A stretch of 64,000 bases of DNA from Candidatus Aenigmatarchaeota archaeon (GCA_016180945.1 JACPAG010000003.1:107394-171393), one strand, 5' to 3'; counted from the stretch's first letter, positions 35,293-45,600 are shown. Program-made: numbers and translations. The notes: a model not told the origin generated them from the letters alone.

Positions 35293-36675
35293 TCACCTCA
35301 CTGCAAACAGCTCTGCTGTTAATGCTTCAACAGACGATTCTAATTTATCAGGGTCGACTTCAAGTGTTATGCTGGTAGACGGTATAACCTGTTCATTGCC
35401 CTGAAGAGCAAAGAGTACAGATATGCCTTTTTTGCCCAATAAACCAGCCAAGTAAGAAAATGTGTTCTGTCTTCCCCGCATTCTGTCGCCTACTACAGTA
35501 ATCACGCCTACTCCTTGCCCCTGAACAGTCGGTCTATAGCCCTTTTCGTGAAGGTAACCAGTTAATTTTTCTAGATGCTCCATGAACAACGCTGCTGTAT
35601 CCGCAGGATTTTTCCTATCACCTACTATTACTCTGTAAGAAATCCATCCTGAATCAGCTACAGGCGGGGTAAATCCATTTGCTCCACACCCTTTTTGAAA
35701 CTGAGCCATTGTCGAAGGATAATCCACGCCTTCTGGCGTGTCTATTAACGGGTCCTGCACAATTACCTCGTACACCCTTTCAGCTACAAGTGCAGCAACA
35801 AATCTTTCATCCGTTGTTTCAGATTCATCGGATATAAGCGTTCCTATACTATCTATATCTTTGACAATTAGCGGCATGCCTTTAGCTCTCGCTATCTGTA
35901 TTGCAGAAGGGTGCACAACAGCAGGCCCCCTTCGTGTCATTCTTCCCGACTCATCGTAACTTAGCTTTCTTAATAAACCATAATCACCAAATCCAGGAGT
36001 CACACGGAAAACGCCAGGCACATTTTTTATAATTTCAACCACACCCCCGTCTAGTGCATCACCAAGAGCAACTGCACATGCATCATTGCTATCCCTTCCA
36101 GCTAGCTTGTATTCTCGGGGTCTTCGATAATGCCTTCCCAGAAAACCGCTGGCGACAGCTATTCGCCCTCTGCTTAAAATACCGCCTACATTAACTCTAA
36201 GAAGTTCCCTGCTCGCTTCCATGTCTATCAGTCCATGGTCGTTGATGCGAAAGCCGGCATCAGGTCCAAATATATATTCAGCATCTCCGCCTTGCGCTAT
36301 GAGGTGATAATTTTCTAATATCGCTGAATGCCCTTCTGGTGAACCTACAAAAGCATCCCTATTCCCAGCTTCCAAGAATGTTTGTGCTCTTTTCATATCG
36401 TCTGTTATTCTGTCCATTGCCTCGTCGTGAAATTGGCGTGGAAGAGCTTTGGCAACTGGCCGGTATACAGTGTCACGTACAACCAGCAGTTCTTTTTCAT
36501 CTTCTGCGTCGTATATCCTCCCGAACCTGTTTGTTAATCCGCTCATTGCAGAAGGAACGACAACAACCTTCCCATTGCCACGAGTCTTACCTAAAGCATA
36601 AGAAGCGGCAGCCCTAAAAGCTTCCGGACCGGTAAGAACGCTCCCGCCATATTTGACAACAGACAAGTCTGGCAT
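35293..36675 (-). CDS. amino-acid-kinase family protein (divergent aspartate kinase-like) with ACT-like C-terminus
   Basis: VVKYGGSVL start. The canonical GRGGSD block is replaced by GRDSNDACAVALGDAL. Lies 4 nt upstream of hom on the same strand. Confidence 0.6.
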   Translation of the reverse strand: MPDLSVVKYGGSVLTGPEAFRAAASYALGKTRGNGKVVVVPSAMSGLTNRFGRIYDAEDEKELLVVRDTVYRPVAKALPRQFHDEAMDRITDDMKRAQTFLEAGNRDAFVGSPEGHSAILENYHLIAQGGDAEYIFGPDAGFRINDHGLIDMEASRELLRVNVGGILSRGRIAVASGFLGRHYRRPREYKLAGRDSNDACAVALGDALDGGVVEIIKNVPGVFRVTPGFGDYGLLRKLSYDESGRMTRRGPAVVHPSAIQIARAKGMPLIVKDIDSIGTLISDESETTDERFVAALVAERVYEVIVQDPLIDTPEGVDYPSTMAQFQKGCGANGFTPPVADSGWISYRVIVGDRKNPADTAALFMEHLEKLTGYLHEKGYRPTVQGQGVGVITVVGDRMRGRQNTFSYLAGLLGKKGISVLFALQGNEQVIPSTSITLEVDPDKLESSVEALTAELFAVR

Positions 36676-36827
36676 AAGAATCTTAAACTACTTTTCAGCA
36701 GCATTTTTAAATGCATGTATTTCAGAAGAATGTAATTGAATCGTAATTTCCATGTGCTTCGAACAAAGAATAATTTTATCAGCAACCTAACATAACTTTT
36801 ATTAACCTTTGCCCCTATGATTAGAGC

Positions 36828-38060
36828 ATGCTCTTTGCAGTCGCGATTTTCGCTACACTAATAACATTATTTGGCATAGGTCTTCTTTCCTTTGATCTGC
36901 TCCTGTTTCTCGCATTCATTTCATTTCTGGGCATACTTATCTATTGTGACAGGAGAAAAATAAAACTGGAGGGCATCATCCTTATCCGCCGGACTGCAAA
37001 AGGACGGAAAACTATAGACAGGATAGCCAACAGCCACAGAAGTTTCTGGAAATTCATGTCCATAGCCGGCATAATAATAGCAGTCCCTGCCCTGCTGATA
37101 ATCTCCGCGTTTCTCATCAACAATTCTTACCTGCTTGTTACAAAGCAGACAGAGGAAGGGGCAGCTCGCTTGCTGTTGCCGGCGCCTGTGGCTTCTCCGA
37201 CAAGCGCGCCCGGCATATTCTTCGTGCCATGGTGGATATGGGTTGTCGGCGTCGCCGTCGTCGTTGTCCCGCACGAGCTTTTCCACGGGATAATGTGCAG
37301 GCTGGAAAAGATAAGGATAAAGTCTGTCGGCTGGATTCTTTTGCTGTTCATACCCGGCGCGTTCGTCGAGCCTGATGAAAATCAGCTGAAGAAAGCAAGA
37401 CGCTTGGTCAAGCTGAAGGTATACGCAGCCGGCAGCTTTGCAAATATCGTCGTCGGTTTTACAGCTCTTATAGTGCTTTTGTTTTCCGCCTCATCGTTCA
37501 GTCAAGTCGGCTCTTCATTCTTGGTCATAAAAGACTCGCCTGCCGACATGGCCAACCTGTCCGGCTCGATAGCGGAAATTGACGGAATGAAAATATCTTC
37601 CCTGAAGGATTTGCAAATAGCGTTAGCCGATAAAAAGCCTGGCGACATAATTGTTGTAAAAGCGCTGAAAAACAAAGATGTCGTGCCTGTATTTTCAGGC
37701 GTCACGCCAAAGGCTTCAGTAATTGTTTCTGGTGAGAATACTTATTCCATCAATCTAACTCAGCGTCCGGACAACAACACCCGCGCATACTTTGGCATAG
37801 ACGGCTCTTCGTTTATTCCAGCCGTAACATTTCTGCCCGGTATTCAATTCCTGTTCCTTTACCACCTGCTTTTCTGGATTTTCCTCTTCAGCATCGGCAT
37901 CGGCTTGGTCAACCTGCTGCCTATAAAGCCGCTCGACGGCGGCTTGGTTTTCGAAGAGCTTTTAGGACACACAAAAAAGACAAAAACCATAGTGAAAGGC
38001 ATTTCAACGGTTATGCTGCTGCTCCTTATATTCAACTTAGTCGGGCCATTTTTCTTGTAA
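36828..38060 (+). CDS. site-2 protease (M50 family) with PDZ domain
   Basis: HELFHG zinc motif, NLLPIKPLDGG second motif, polytopic membrane topology and a central PDZ-like segment. Confidence 0.85.
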   Translation: MLFAVAIFATLITLFGIGLLSFDLLLFLAFISFLGILIYCDRRKIKLEGIILIRRTAKGRKTIDRIANSHRSFWKFMSIAGIIIAVPALLIISAFLINNSYLLVTKQTEEGAARLLLPAPVASPTSAPGIFFVPWWIWVVGVAVVVVPHELFHGIMCRLEKIRIKSVGWILLLFIPGAFVEPDENQLKKARRLVKLKVYAAGSFANIVVGFTALIVLLFSASSFSQVGSSFLVIKDSPADMANLSGSIAEIDGMKISSLKDLQIALADKKPGDIIVVKALKNKDVVPVFSGVTPKASVIVSGENTYSINLTQRPDNNTRAYFGIDGSSFIPAVTFLPGIQFLFLYHLLFWIFLFSIGIGLVNLLPIKPLDGGLVFEELLGHTKKTKTIVKGISTVMLLLLIFNLVGPFFL

Positions 38061-38215
38061 GAAATACCCAGAGATTGCAAAGGAACGAGAGAAGAAAAGG
38101 CAGCTCATCTGGAAAGGAGTACATTAGAAAGTATGGCATCAGAAACCTGTGGAAATACAACTTACCTAATGCATGGCGACTGATGTATTCCATAGTACTG
38201 ATAAATGTTTTCGAC

Positions 38216-39901
38216 TTACTTCTGGCTTACTCTGAAAAACGCGTAGTCGTGGTTGTCGACCTTTATCGCCGTGAGCTGCGTTATATTGAATTTGCCTTCG
38301 AACGTATCCCTGCACACGGATGTTTTATACGGCTCTATGTTGCACCAGAAGCCGTCGTCAAATATAACGCAGCCTTGGAGAAGCGTATCCATTCTTTCCT
38401 TGTTGTTCACGTTCCATGTCTGCAGCGAATTCACGCCATACATCAGATAAATGCTGGACACATGAGACATTACATAGCAGCCTTTGAGGCTGGGCATATT
38501 GTCCAGAACAAATTTATGGTAGGTTCTCGCCTGGCGAGCTTCTTCTATCTTTTCCGTAGGCGTTGATATGCTGGGCAGGTAAAACAGAAAAGAAATTATT
38601 ATCAGTGCTGCAGCAACCATGAACGATTTATCCTTCAGTAAAGGGGCAATTCTGCCCAGTGATTGCGAAGCAGACAGCACTCCAAAGCCGGCAGCAATCG
38701 CAAAAGGCACGTAGTTGCTTAGTATATACCTTACATCCACGCCAAACCGCACGCTTCCCGCGTAGAAGAAACTGTACAGAGAGAAGAAAGAAAAAAACCA
38801 GACGCCTAGGAAAAGCAGAAGCCGCCTTTCTTTTTTCGCCAAATATCCGATTCCCATGAGGGCAAATATCGTGAACAGGACAGGGTGCTCTATCGTCGGA
38901 TAACCGAAGACCCAGAAACCGAGATTTTCAGGTACGTTTTTGGCAGCGTGATCTAAACTGAATTTGTCTCCGCTGCTGCCGAACTGGTCGTAGAGGAACG
39001 CATAAAATATATGCGTCAGAAACGGCGCAATAAGAACGAACAGCGCAATCCATAGAAAACAGAACCTGTAGCTGGATAATTTTTTCAGCAGATTTTTATC
39101 GAACAGGATTACAAGCAAAGCCGCAACCGGTAACAGAAGAACGCCTTCTGTTTTGGTTTGCATTGCGTACGCTAGCGCAGCTATTGCCAGTGCATACATC
39201 TTTAACGAATCCGATTTTGCCGCCAGAGAAAAAAACGAAATCGCCAGCAGCGAAAAGAAAACCAGAACAGGCTCGGCAGCTGCAGTAGCCGACCACATTA
39301 TGTGAATAGGAATAAGAGAAAACAGCAAAGCAGCGAAGAGCGATATTTTTTCGTTTTTCGAGAATACGTAAGACAGAAGAAAGATTAGAACGACGGATAA
39401 GCTTCCAAGCAGCGTTACAAGACCAAACCCAACCCCTTCAGAAGCGCCGAAAAACATATAGGAGATAGCAAGCAAAAACGGATAGCCGTTGGGCCACTTC
39501 ATAAACGCATATTCCCTGCACGGCTCGCCGTAGTTGCACAAAGCCGCTTTTCCGTTCACGAGTATCTCTTTTCCTATGTCCAGATATATGTCCTCGTCAA
39601 AATATACGCGGTGCGTCTGCGGAGCCGCAAACGCCCTCAGAAAAACTGCAAGTATAAAAATAGAAAGCAGAATAATCCACGTTCCGCGGCTTATTTTTTT
39701 GAAATGTTCTTTTATGTTCCGAAAATTTAATGCGAACAAGGCCAGCATCGATAAAAATATGACAGTCAGAACTATCGGTTCTGTCTCCCTGAGGCCGTTT
39801 TCAACGGCGCCCCTGTCGGTTTTTGTGTCTGTGTAGTAGACAGCGTAGCCTATTGCAGCCGCAGAAATAAGAAGTATAGCCAGCGGAAGGAATTTTTTCA
39901 T
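38216..39901 (-). CDS. polytopic membrane glycosyltransferase (GT39/ArnT/PMT-like)
   Basis: ~12 hydrophobic spans plus a soluble C-terminal domain. Paralogue of 42489..44132 (similar C-terminal tails AIKVDN... / VVKVIN...). Start taken at MKKFLPLAILL (39901), downstream of the duplicated leader. Confidence 0.65.
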   Translation of the reverse strand: MKKFLPLAILLISAAAIGYAVYYTDTKTDRGAVENGLRETEPIVLTVIFLSMLALFALNFRNIKEHFKKISRGTWIILLSIFILAVFLRAFAAPQTHRVYFDEDIYLDIGKEILVNGKAALCNYGEPCREYAFMKWPNGYPFLLAISYMFFGASEGVGFGLVTLLGSLSVVLIFLLSYVFSKNEKISLFAALLFSLIPIHIMWSATAAAEPVLVFFSLLAISFFSLAAKSDSLKMYALAIAALAYAMQTKTEGVLLLPVAALLVILFDKNLLKKLSSYRFCFLWIALFVLIAPFLTHIFYAFLYDQFGSSGDKFSLDHAAKNVPENLGFWVFGYPTIEHPVLFTIFALMGIGYLAKKERRLLLFLGVWFFSFFSLYSFFYAGSVRFGVDVRYILSNYVPFAIAAGFGVLSASQSLGRIAPLLKDKSFMVAAALIIISFLFYLPSISTPTEKIEEARQARTYHKFVLDNMPSLKGCYVMSHVSSIYLMYGVNSLQTWNVNNKERMDTLLQGCVIFDDGFWCNIEPYKTSVCRDTFEGKFNITQLTAIKVDNHDYAFFRVSQK

Positions 39902-39903
39902 CT

Positions 39904-39963
39904 TAATCCTCCTTTCTTTATCAAGGTAAGACATAATCCTCCTTTCTTTATCAAGGTAAGACA
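39904..39963 (-). repeat. perfect 30-bp tandem duplication of the SD-containing leader
   Basis: Plus strand reads TAATCCTCCTTTCTTTATCAAGGTAAGACA twice (39904-39933 and 39934-39963). On the coding strand each unit carries AAAGGAGGATTA. Confidence 0.9.
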
Positions 39964-40085
39964 ACAACACAAGCTTCGTTGTCTAACAGTTTCCTTATGG
40001 TATGCATTTTCATCTTCCTAGCTAACAGTTGCATACACATCCACCATAACATAGCTTCAGACAATAAACATCTTTTTTACGCAAC

Positions 40086-41777
40086 CTACTTCTTGTTTTC
40101 AACAAAGAAATTTCCCATTGCCATATATCTGGTATTTGTCTTGAGCATTGTATCTATCGCGTCCGCCGGCGTTAATACTATCGGAAATCCGTGCAGATTA
40201 AAGCTTGTGTTGAGCACGATTCCGTTCCCGGTATTTTTCTTCACCTGTCTTAGTAGCCTTCTGTAACCCTTATTCTCGTCCTGAAGCATCTGCGGCCTTG
40301 ATGAGCCGTCTACATTAATGACGCTTTTTATCCCGTCCACCTTGTCCTCTTTGGCCATGTAAGCCATTGTCATGAAGCTGTCAACGCCGTTGACGTCTTT
40401 AAACAGCCTGCGGCTTTCAGTATCCAGCACAGACGGGCAGAACGGCTGGTACCATTCCCGCTTCTTTACTTTTATGTTCAGCAGGTCCTTTATTCTTTCC
40501 GAGCCCGCAGGCGCAAGAATGCTTCTGTTGCCTAATGCCCTCGGACCGAATTCCATGCGTCCCTGAAACCAGAAAACATAATTTTCTTTTGAAATAATGT
40601 CAGCGGCATGCTCAGCTATGTCACCCCCCTCTTCATATTTTAATTTATTCTTCTTTATTTCATCCTCAATCTCATCATCCGAATACTCCGGACCTAGATA
40701 CGCATCTGCCATCCTATACGGTTTCGTTCCCTCGACAAGATTGCTTACATAAAGCGCCGCTCCGGCTGCCAGCCCGCCGTCCCCCATGTGCGGGAACACG
40801 AACCAGTTTTTTATCTGCGGCAGAAGCCTTATTCTCATATTTGCCTTTACGTTCGCCGCAACCCCGCCTGCCCAGCAGACATTCCGCAATCCTGTCTCTT
40901 CTAATGTATTCTCAAATAACTTTGTAAGATTCTTTTCCAGTACCCGCTGCGCCATATATGCCACCTGTTCTCGCGGATGGTTCCACACAATCCTGTTTAT
41001 GTGCGAATACATCTTTGTTGCAGGAAACCTGGCCTTTAATTTCAGGCCGTCAACAGAAAAAAAATCCATCATCCTGTTTTTTTCGTCTTCGATAGGATAC
41101 GAATAGTCAGCCATGCACATGACCTTGCCCTCGTCCTCCAGCTCCCGGAAGCCGAGCAATGTCGTAACCTGCTCGAAGAAAATGCCTATCGAATCCCTTG
41201 CAGGTATTTCAGCTATTCTTTTTATCGCGCCGTTCTCGAAAATGTTCACGGAGCCGGACAATGCATCGCCTACGCCGTCCAGCGTCAGGCATAACGCCTT
41301 GCTAAAGCCGGACGCATAGCAGGCACCGGCAGCATGCGCCAGATGATGGTCAACAATGTACAGCTTGCCGGCCAATCCAAGATTCTTCAACTCCTTTTTC
41401 AGGTAGTATTCGCTTATCCTTTTGCAGATGCCATGCAGGTTACCTGTCGTAGTTGTATTGTATTTGAAAGCCCGTCGCAACCCGACAAATCTTGGCTTTT
41501 CTATCTTGCGACGCCTGAACAGATAGTAAGATTCCTTCAGAGAGGGGAAAATTCTTGTCAGTGTCTTGGAAAAATCGCTCGTCGAAGCGGCAACTATATT
41601 TATGTCCGTAGGCTTCAGCCCCAGATAATTAAGGCAGGCTTGTATAGAAAGTCTTGGAAATCCAACATCAAGCTTTCTCTTGCTGAGGCGCTCTTCGTTG
41701 ATAGCTACTTTAATTACACCACCCTCTGCTATAGCCGCACCGGCGTCGTGCCCGTCCCAGATGCCGAGTATGTACAT
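40086..41777 (-). CDS. carbamoyltransferase (NodU/CmcH family)
   Basis: 563 aa. N-terminal YILGIWDGHDAGAAI, and the overall size and blocks are typical of carbamoyltransferase N+C domains. Confidence 0.8.
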   Translation of the reverse strand: MYILGIWDGHDAGAAIAEGGVIKVAINEERLSKRKLDVGFPRLSIQACLNYLGLKPTDINIVAASTSDFSKTLTRIFPSLKESYYLFRRRKIEKPRFVGLRRAFKYNTTTTGNLHGICKRISEYYLKKELKNLGLAGKLYIVDHHLAHAAGACYASGFSKALCLTLDGVGDALSGSVNIFENGAIKRIAEIPARDSIGIFFEQVTTLLGFRELEDEGKVMCMADYSYPIEDEKNRMMDFFSVDGLKLKARFPATKMYSHINRIVWNHPREQVAYMAQRVLEKNLTKLFENTLEETGLRNVCWAGGVAANVKANMRIRLLPQIKNWFVFPHMGDGGLAAGAALYVSNLVEGTKPYRMADAYLGPEYSDDEIEDEIKKNKLKYEEGGDIAEHAADIISKENYVFWFQGRMEFGPRALGNRSILAPAGSERIKDLLNIKVKKREWYQPFCPSVLDTESRRLFKDVNGVDSFMTMAYMAKEDKVDGIKSVINVDGSSRPQMLQDENKGYRRLLRQVKKNTGNGIVLNTSFNLHGFPIVLTPADAIDTMLKTNTRYMAMGNFFVENKK

Positions 41778-41779
41778 AT

Positions 41780-42472
41780 TTATCTCTCTTGAAATCTAAG
41801 TTTTAATAACGAAAATAAAAGTCTTGGAGAATTCCTTAGGTATGTCTTTGACTGTTTTCCATGAGACCAAACTATTGGAATCTCTTTTATTTTATAACCG
41901 TTCCGCTTTAATCTCCATAATAGTTCTACGTCAAACTCGAAAAATGTGAGTTTTAGCTTATTTTTTATTTTATTGTAAGTCTCTTTTTTCAAAACCTTCG
42001 CCCCACATTGAGTATCCTTTACGCCTAGATTAAACATAAGGTTTACTAACTTGTTGAAAACAACGCTCGCGACACGTATACTTAAGGGACGATTTGTTGA
42101 TATTTTAGACCCTATTGCTCTTCTGGAGGCAATGGCGCAATCGTGCCCGTTGATGGTTTTTATTAGTTTAAAGTAATCTTCTGGGCTTACGCTTAGATCG
42201 GCATCAGTAAATCCTATTATTGACCCCTTGGCTGCATTAAAGCCCGCATAAACAGCACCGCCTTTTCCGAGTCTTTTATTAAATACCAGAAGACGAATCT
42301 TTCTGTTTCCTCTCTTGATATCCCGTACTATATCCACAGTTTTATCTGCGCCATCACAGACGACTATTATTTCATAATTAGTAAGGTGCTTTTTGAAATA
42401 TTTGCTATAGTTGGTTAGAATCTTTCGTATACCATCTTCTTCGTTGTATGCGGGAATTATTAATGAAAACAT
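41780..42472 (-). CDS. glycosyltransferase family 2 (dolichyl-phosphate sugar synthase-like)
   Basis: FSLIIPAYNEEDGI, IIVVCDGADKT and GFTDADLS. Confidence 0.8.
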   Translation of the reverse strand: MFSLIIPAYNEEDGIRKILTNYSKYFKKHLTNYEIIVVCDGADKTVDIVRDIKRGNRKIRLLVFNKRLGKGGAVYAGFNAAKGSIIGFTDADLSVSPEDYFKLIKTINGHDCAIASRRAIGSKISTNRPLSIRVASVVFNKLVNLMFNLGVKDTQCGAKVLKKETYNKIKNKLKLTFFEFDVELLWRLKRNGYKIKEIPIVWSHGKQSKTYLRNSPRLLFSLLKLRFQER

Positions 42473-42488
42473 CGTCTCAATATTTTCC

Positions 42489-44132
42489 TTATTTTGAAGA
42501 GTATATAATCAAATCTTTATAGTTTTTGGCAAACTTCTTTGAAGGATTGTTTATCACTTTAACTACCATCCATTCGTTTGTCGCATTTCTCAGATATTTT
42601 GGCCTTATAGATTCTATAGCCTGAGGGCTAATATCCATACCTCTGCTTCCATAGTCCACAATATACGCATCCTTTATAGCAGTTTCATCAGATGGAAATC
42701 CAGAAATACGTTTTTTATTTCCTAGATAAACCTCCAGCATCCCCGCAGCCATATGGTCAGCATAAATAGATCTATCCGGTTGTGTCTCCAAAAAGTTAGC
42801 AGCTTCTTTAATGGATGAAACGCCAGAAACAAAAAAGTCTCTGGTCGTATTGATGGCTATCAGAGAAGACAGAAAAAGTATAAGTATCATCATAGTAGAA
42901 ATTTTGTATTTCAGTTTTGTTAAGAATAAAGACACTAAAATTAGAGCAGGGGTGGTTAATGCCATTAAAATTCTGGCCTTTTTGAGTATTAGAAAGTTGA
43001 TTAGGCTACCATGCTCGAAAAATCTCAGAAATGTGGGGCCTAATTCAAGATATAGAAAAATTGAAATTAGAGAGAGGACGAGCAAATAAGATCTTTTCAC
43101 CTTCTTGCATAATAAGAATGCAACAGAAAAGAATACAAGATAATAAAATAAGCCAAAATAATTCATGCTATTTAGTGCTTCCCCGCGCAGGGCCAAAATA
43201 CCTAAAACTGTCGGCAAATAAAATATTTGTGTCGAGCCGTCCAAATACCATATTCGCAGAATATTCGGTATTAAGTTGATGTTATCTATATTATCGTATT
43301 TTATTTTGTTATCATACACCCCATTCGATATATGGTAGTTTAAGAAAAAATCTCCAGTAGAAGCAGCAAAATAAAGTCCTTCAGAGATAAAGACAGCCAA
43401 AAAACCCAAGAGCACAAAAAGTTGGACAAATTTTACTTTGCGAGTATAAAAGAAATAAGCAACAAATAAGATTAGAACCAAGAAAATAGATATTTTTGCT
43501 AAGTATCCTAAGCCAAAAGACAAGCCCGAAAGGAAGTATAAAAGTATATTTTTCTTATACCAATGACTTTTATTTCCTTTGATTTTCTCGGCAATGAAAA
43601 ATAGCAGCATGCCGAGCCACATGTAAAATGAAACTACTATATCTGGCATCAATCTGGTGCTAAACAGAACATCTAAAGGAAAGAACGATAAAAGAAAAGC
43701 GGCTAGCAATCCTACCTTTTCATTAAAAAATAGCTTTGCTATATAAAAAATTACTATTATGCCAAGCAAAGAATAAACGAGAGAAAAAAAGATGGCAGAA
43801 AATTCGTTTAAACCGAAAAGCCTAAACATAATCGAAGGCGGATAGTAAACCATGGTTCTGAAATCGAACGCCTCAGACGGATTTGGAAGAAAGCTTTTTG
43901 GCAGATTTGCATATTTTGAGAAATCCATTCTCCCTTCTGATGTAGTCAAAGCAGTCCGCAGATAAATTCCCTCATCCTGCTCATCAGTATAAACTAAACC
44001 AACAAAAAACCACAGCCTCAGCGCCAGCGCAAACAGCACAATCAGAAGCAGCCAGAACTCCGCCTTGTATTTTCCTTTTTTGTCTTTCGGATTCAGTTTC
44101 TTTAGTAACTGAAGCTTTGGAATATTGAACAT
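42489..44132 (-). CDS. polytopic membrane glycosyltransferase (GT39/ArnT/PMT-like)
   Basis: 547 aa with many TM spans. Paralogous to 38216..39901. Confidence 0.6.
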   Translation of the reverse strand: MFNIPKLQLLKKLNPKDKKGKYKAEFWLLLIVLFALALRLWFFVGLVYTDEQDEGIYLRTALTTSEGRMDFSKYANLPKSFLPNPSEAFDFRTMVYYPPSIMFRLFGLNEFSAIFFSLVYSLLGIIVIFYIAKLFFNEKVGLLAAFLLSFFPLDVLFSTRLMPDIVVSFYMWLGMLLFFIAEKIKGNKSHWYKKNILLYFLSGLSFGLGYLAKISIFLVLILFVAYFFYTRKVKFVQLFVLLGFLAVFISEGLYFAASTGDFFLNYHISNGVYDNKIKYDNIDNINLIPNILRIWYLDGSTQIFYLPTVLGILALRGEALNSMNYFGLFYYLVFFSVAFLLCKKVKRSYLLVLSLISIFLYLELGPTFLRFFEHGSLINFLILKKARILMALTTPALILVSLFLTKLKYKISTMMILILFLSSLIAINTTRDFFVSGVSSIKEAANFLETQPDRSIYADHMAAGMLEVYLGNKKRISGFPSDETAIKDAYIVDYGSRGMDISPQAIESIRPKYLRNATNEWMVVKVINNPSKKFAKNYKDLIIYSSK

Positions 44133-44214
44133 TACAAGCTAATTGTAAGTTCTTCCTTAAATTATTTAATGAGAACTAACCTAAAGGAAGTAAGCTCAAA
44201 GAAATGGCATATAG

Positions 44215-44436
44215 CTATAGAAGCATTCTCAACTCATCATCGCTTATTTCAGCATCTCTGATTATGCTCTTCAGAACTTTTGGATGAAGAATCTTCCCAG
44301 AATGATAAGGGACAGTTACCCTTTTTCCTTCCATATTTTTGTAAATTTTGTGACTACCGGACTGCCTTGCAAGTCGGAAGCCTTTCTTTTCCAGAATTTT
44401 AATAATTTCATTTGCCGTAACCCTCGGCAACTTCAT
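44215..44436 (-). CDS. hicA: HicA toxin
   Basis: KLPRVTANEIIKILEKKGFRLARQSGSHKIYKN...VTVPYHSGKIL, the classic HicA pattern. Overlaps hicB by 4 nt. Confidence 0.85.
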   Translation of the reverse strand: MKLPRVTANEIIKILEKKGFRLARQSGSHKIYKNMEGKRVTVPYHSGKILHPKVLKSIIRDAEISDDELRMLL

Positions 44437-44666
44437 ACAGCAACCTCTATGGTGGTAAGGCTTGTCATTTCAACTTGCGGTACCTCCTCGCCGCTAGCTT
44501 TTCTCTCCTCCAGATGCAATTTTATTGCATCTTTTATGTTTTTTATAGCCTCTTCGTACGTTTCTCCTTGTGTATAGCATCCTTGCAATTCTGGACAGTA
44601 AGCATAATAACCATTCTTATCTTTTTCAATTACTACGGACAACTTATAACTTTTCATTGAAAGCAC
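44433..44666 (-). CDS. hicB: HicB antitoxin
   Basis: YKLSVVIEKDKNGYYAYCPELQGCYTQGETYEEAIKNIKDAIKLHLE. Confidence 0.85.
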   Translation of the reverse strand: MLSMKSYKLSVVIEKDKNGYYAYCPELQGCYTQGETYEEAIKNIKDAIKLHLEERKASGEEVPQVEMTSLTTIEVAV

Positions 44667-44725
44667 CCTTAAACTAATTAGAATGAAAAATATTTATATG
44701 TTCTTTTACTCAGCCACGCTCGCCA

Positions 44726-44810
44726 CCATAACTTTGTTCTTCTCGGCCACAGAACCGCTCTTCGTCCAGTTGCTCAGTATCAGCTGGTGCGCCTCGCATG
44801 GCGTCCAGCA
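44726..44810 (-). pseudogene. displaced duplicate of the radical-SAM gene 3' end
   Basis: 79/85 nt identical (by-eye alignment) to 45704-45788, the true 3' coding end of the radical-SAM gene. Would encode ...WTKSGSVAEKNKVMVASVAE*. Confidence 0.7.
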
Positions 44811-44816
44811 CTAAGT

Positions 44817-45128
44817 TCACTGCATATACTTTTTTGCCGCCTTTCTGCTCTTCATACCCTGCTCAACGGTACCGCCAAGTTTCACGCCATGCTTCTCAGC
44901 AAGCTTGCATACGTCGTACACTGAGACTTTTAGCAGTTCTGCTGCCTTTCCTATAGAGATTCTCCCCAAAGAAACAATCTCCAGTACATATTCTTCAGCG
45001 CCCAAGTGCAGAAGCTGCCTCAATGCTGTAGACTGATCTACGTATTCTTCTTTGCTTCTTAGGGCTGCCAATTCTACAATCTCCTTAGGTATTCTTAATG
45101 GATACGATACAGTTTTCATTTTAATCAC
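44817..45128 (-). CDS. UPF0175-family putative antitoxin
   Basis: 103 aa. LRIPKEIVELAALRSKEEYVDQSTALRQLLHLGAEEYV...GKAAELLKVSVYDV. Overlaps the upstream PIN gene. Confidence 0.6.
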   Translation of the reverse strand: MIKMKTVSYPLRIPKEIVELAALRSKEEYVDQSTALRQLLHLGAEEYVLEIVSLGRISIGKAAELLKVSVYDVCKLAEKHGVKLGGTVEQGMKSRKAAKKYMQ

Positions 45129-45600
45129 CTATTTCGTTTTTAGCTTTTGTATAAAGCTCTTCTCTGATGAATAGCTTCATTTTTTCTAGCGCTTCAAACG
45201 CCATCTTTGTTGTTATCTTCCGTCTCTTCAAAAGACCAAGTATTACATCTACGGGCATTATGAATGGGATTCTCTGTTCTTCCAACACAGACAAAAATTT
45301 TCTATCATCGGTTATAATGGCGTTGCATCTCTTTTTCTTGTAAATCGCCAATGAAGATGCTTCACCTTTTCCTAAATTATTTATTTCTTCAAAGTTAATC
45401 TTCTCAACCGACAATAATTTTCTATCTATCAGATCTTCTATCGCATACGCGTCTTCGTAAAGTCTTTCTTTTCCTTGTTTTACGGCTTCGTTAAAAACGT
45501 CCTGCGTAATTAAGCATTTCCTGTACTTTGCTAATTCCTCCATTACCCCTGATTTTGTTAGTTTAATTAATCCATCCGTGTCTAAAACGAATGTTATCAT
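45121..45600 (-). CDS. PIN-like (DUF3368-type) putative toxin
   Basis: ITFVLDTDGLIKL N-terminus and AIITDDRKF. Paired with the UPF0175 gene. Confidence 0.6.
   Translation of the reverse strand: MITFVLDTDGLIKLTKSGVMEELAKYRKCLITQDVFNEAVKQGKERLYEDAYAIEDLIDRKLLSVEKINFEEINNLGKGEASSLAIYKKKRCNAIITDDRKFLSVLEEQRIPFIMPVDVILGLLKRRKITTKMAFEALEKMKLFIREELYTKAKNEIGD

Noticed and set aside
38075-38566. 163-aa + strand ORF whose start (…NLWKYNLPNAWRLMYSIV…) resembles the RelE/ParE core motif
   Set aside because: From 38216 onward it is antisense to the genuine C-terminal domain of the GT39-like gene, whose tail aligns with its paralogue. No antitoxin partner is present and the N-terminal half of a RelE fold is missing. 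At most 38075-38215 is a decayed toxin remnant.
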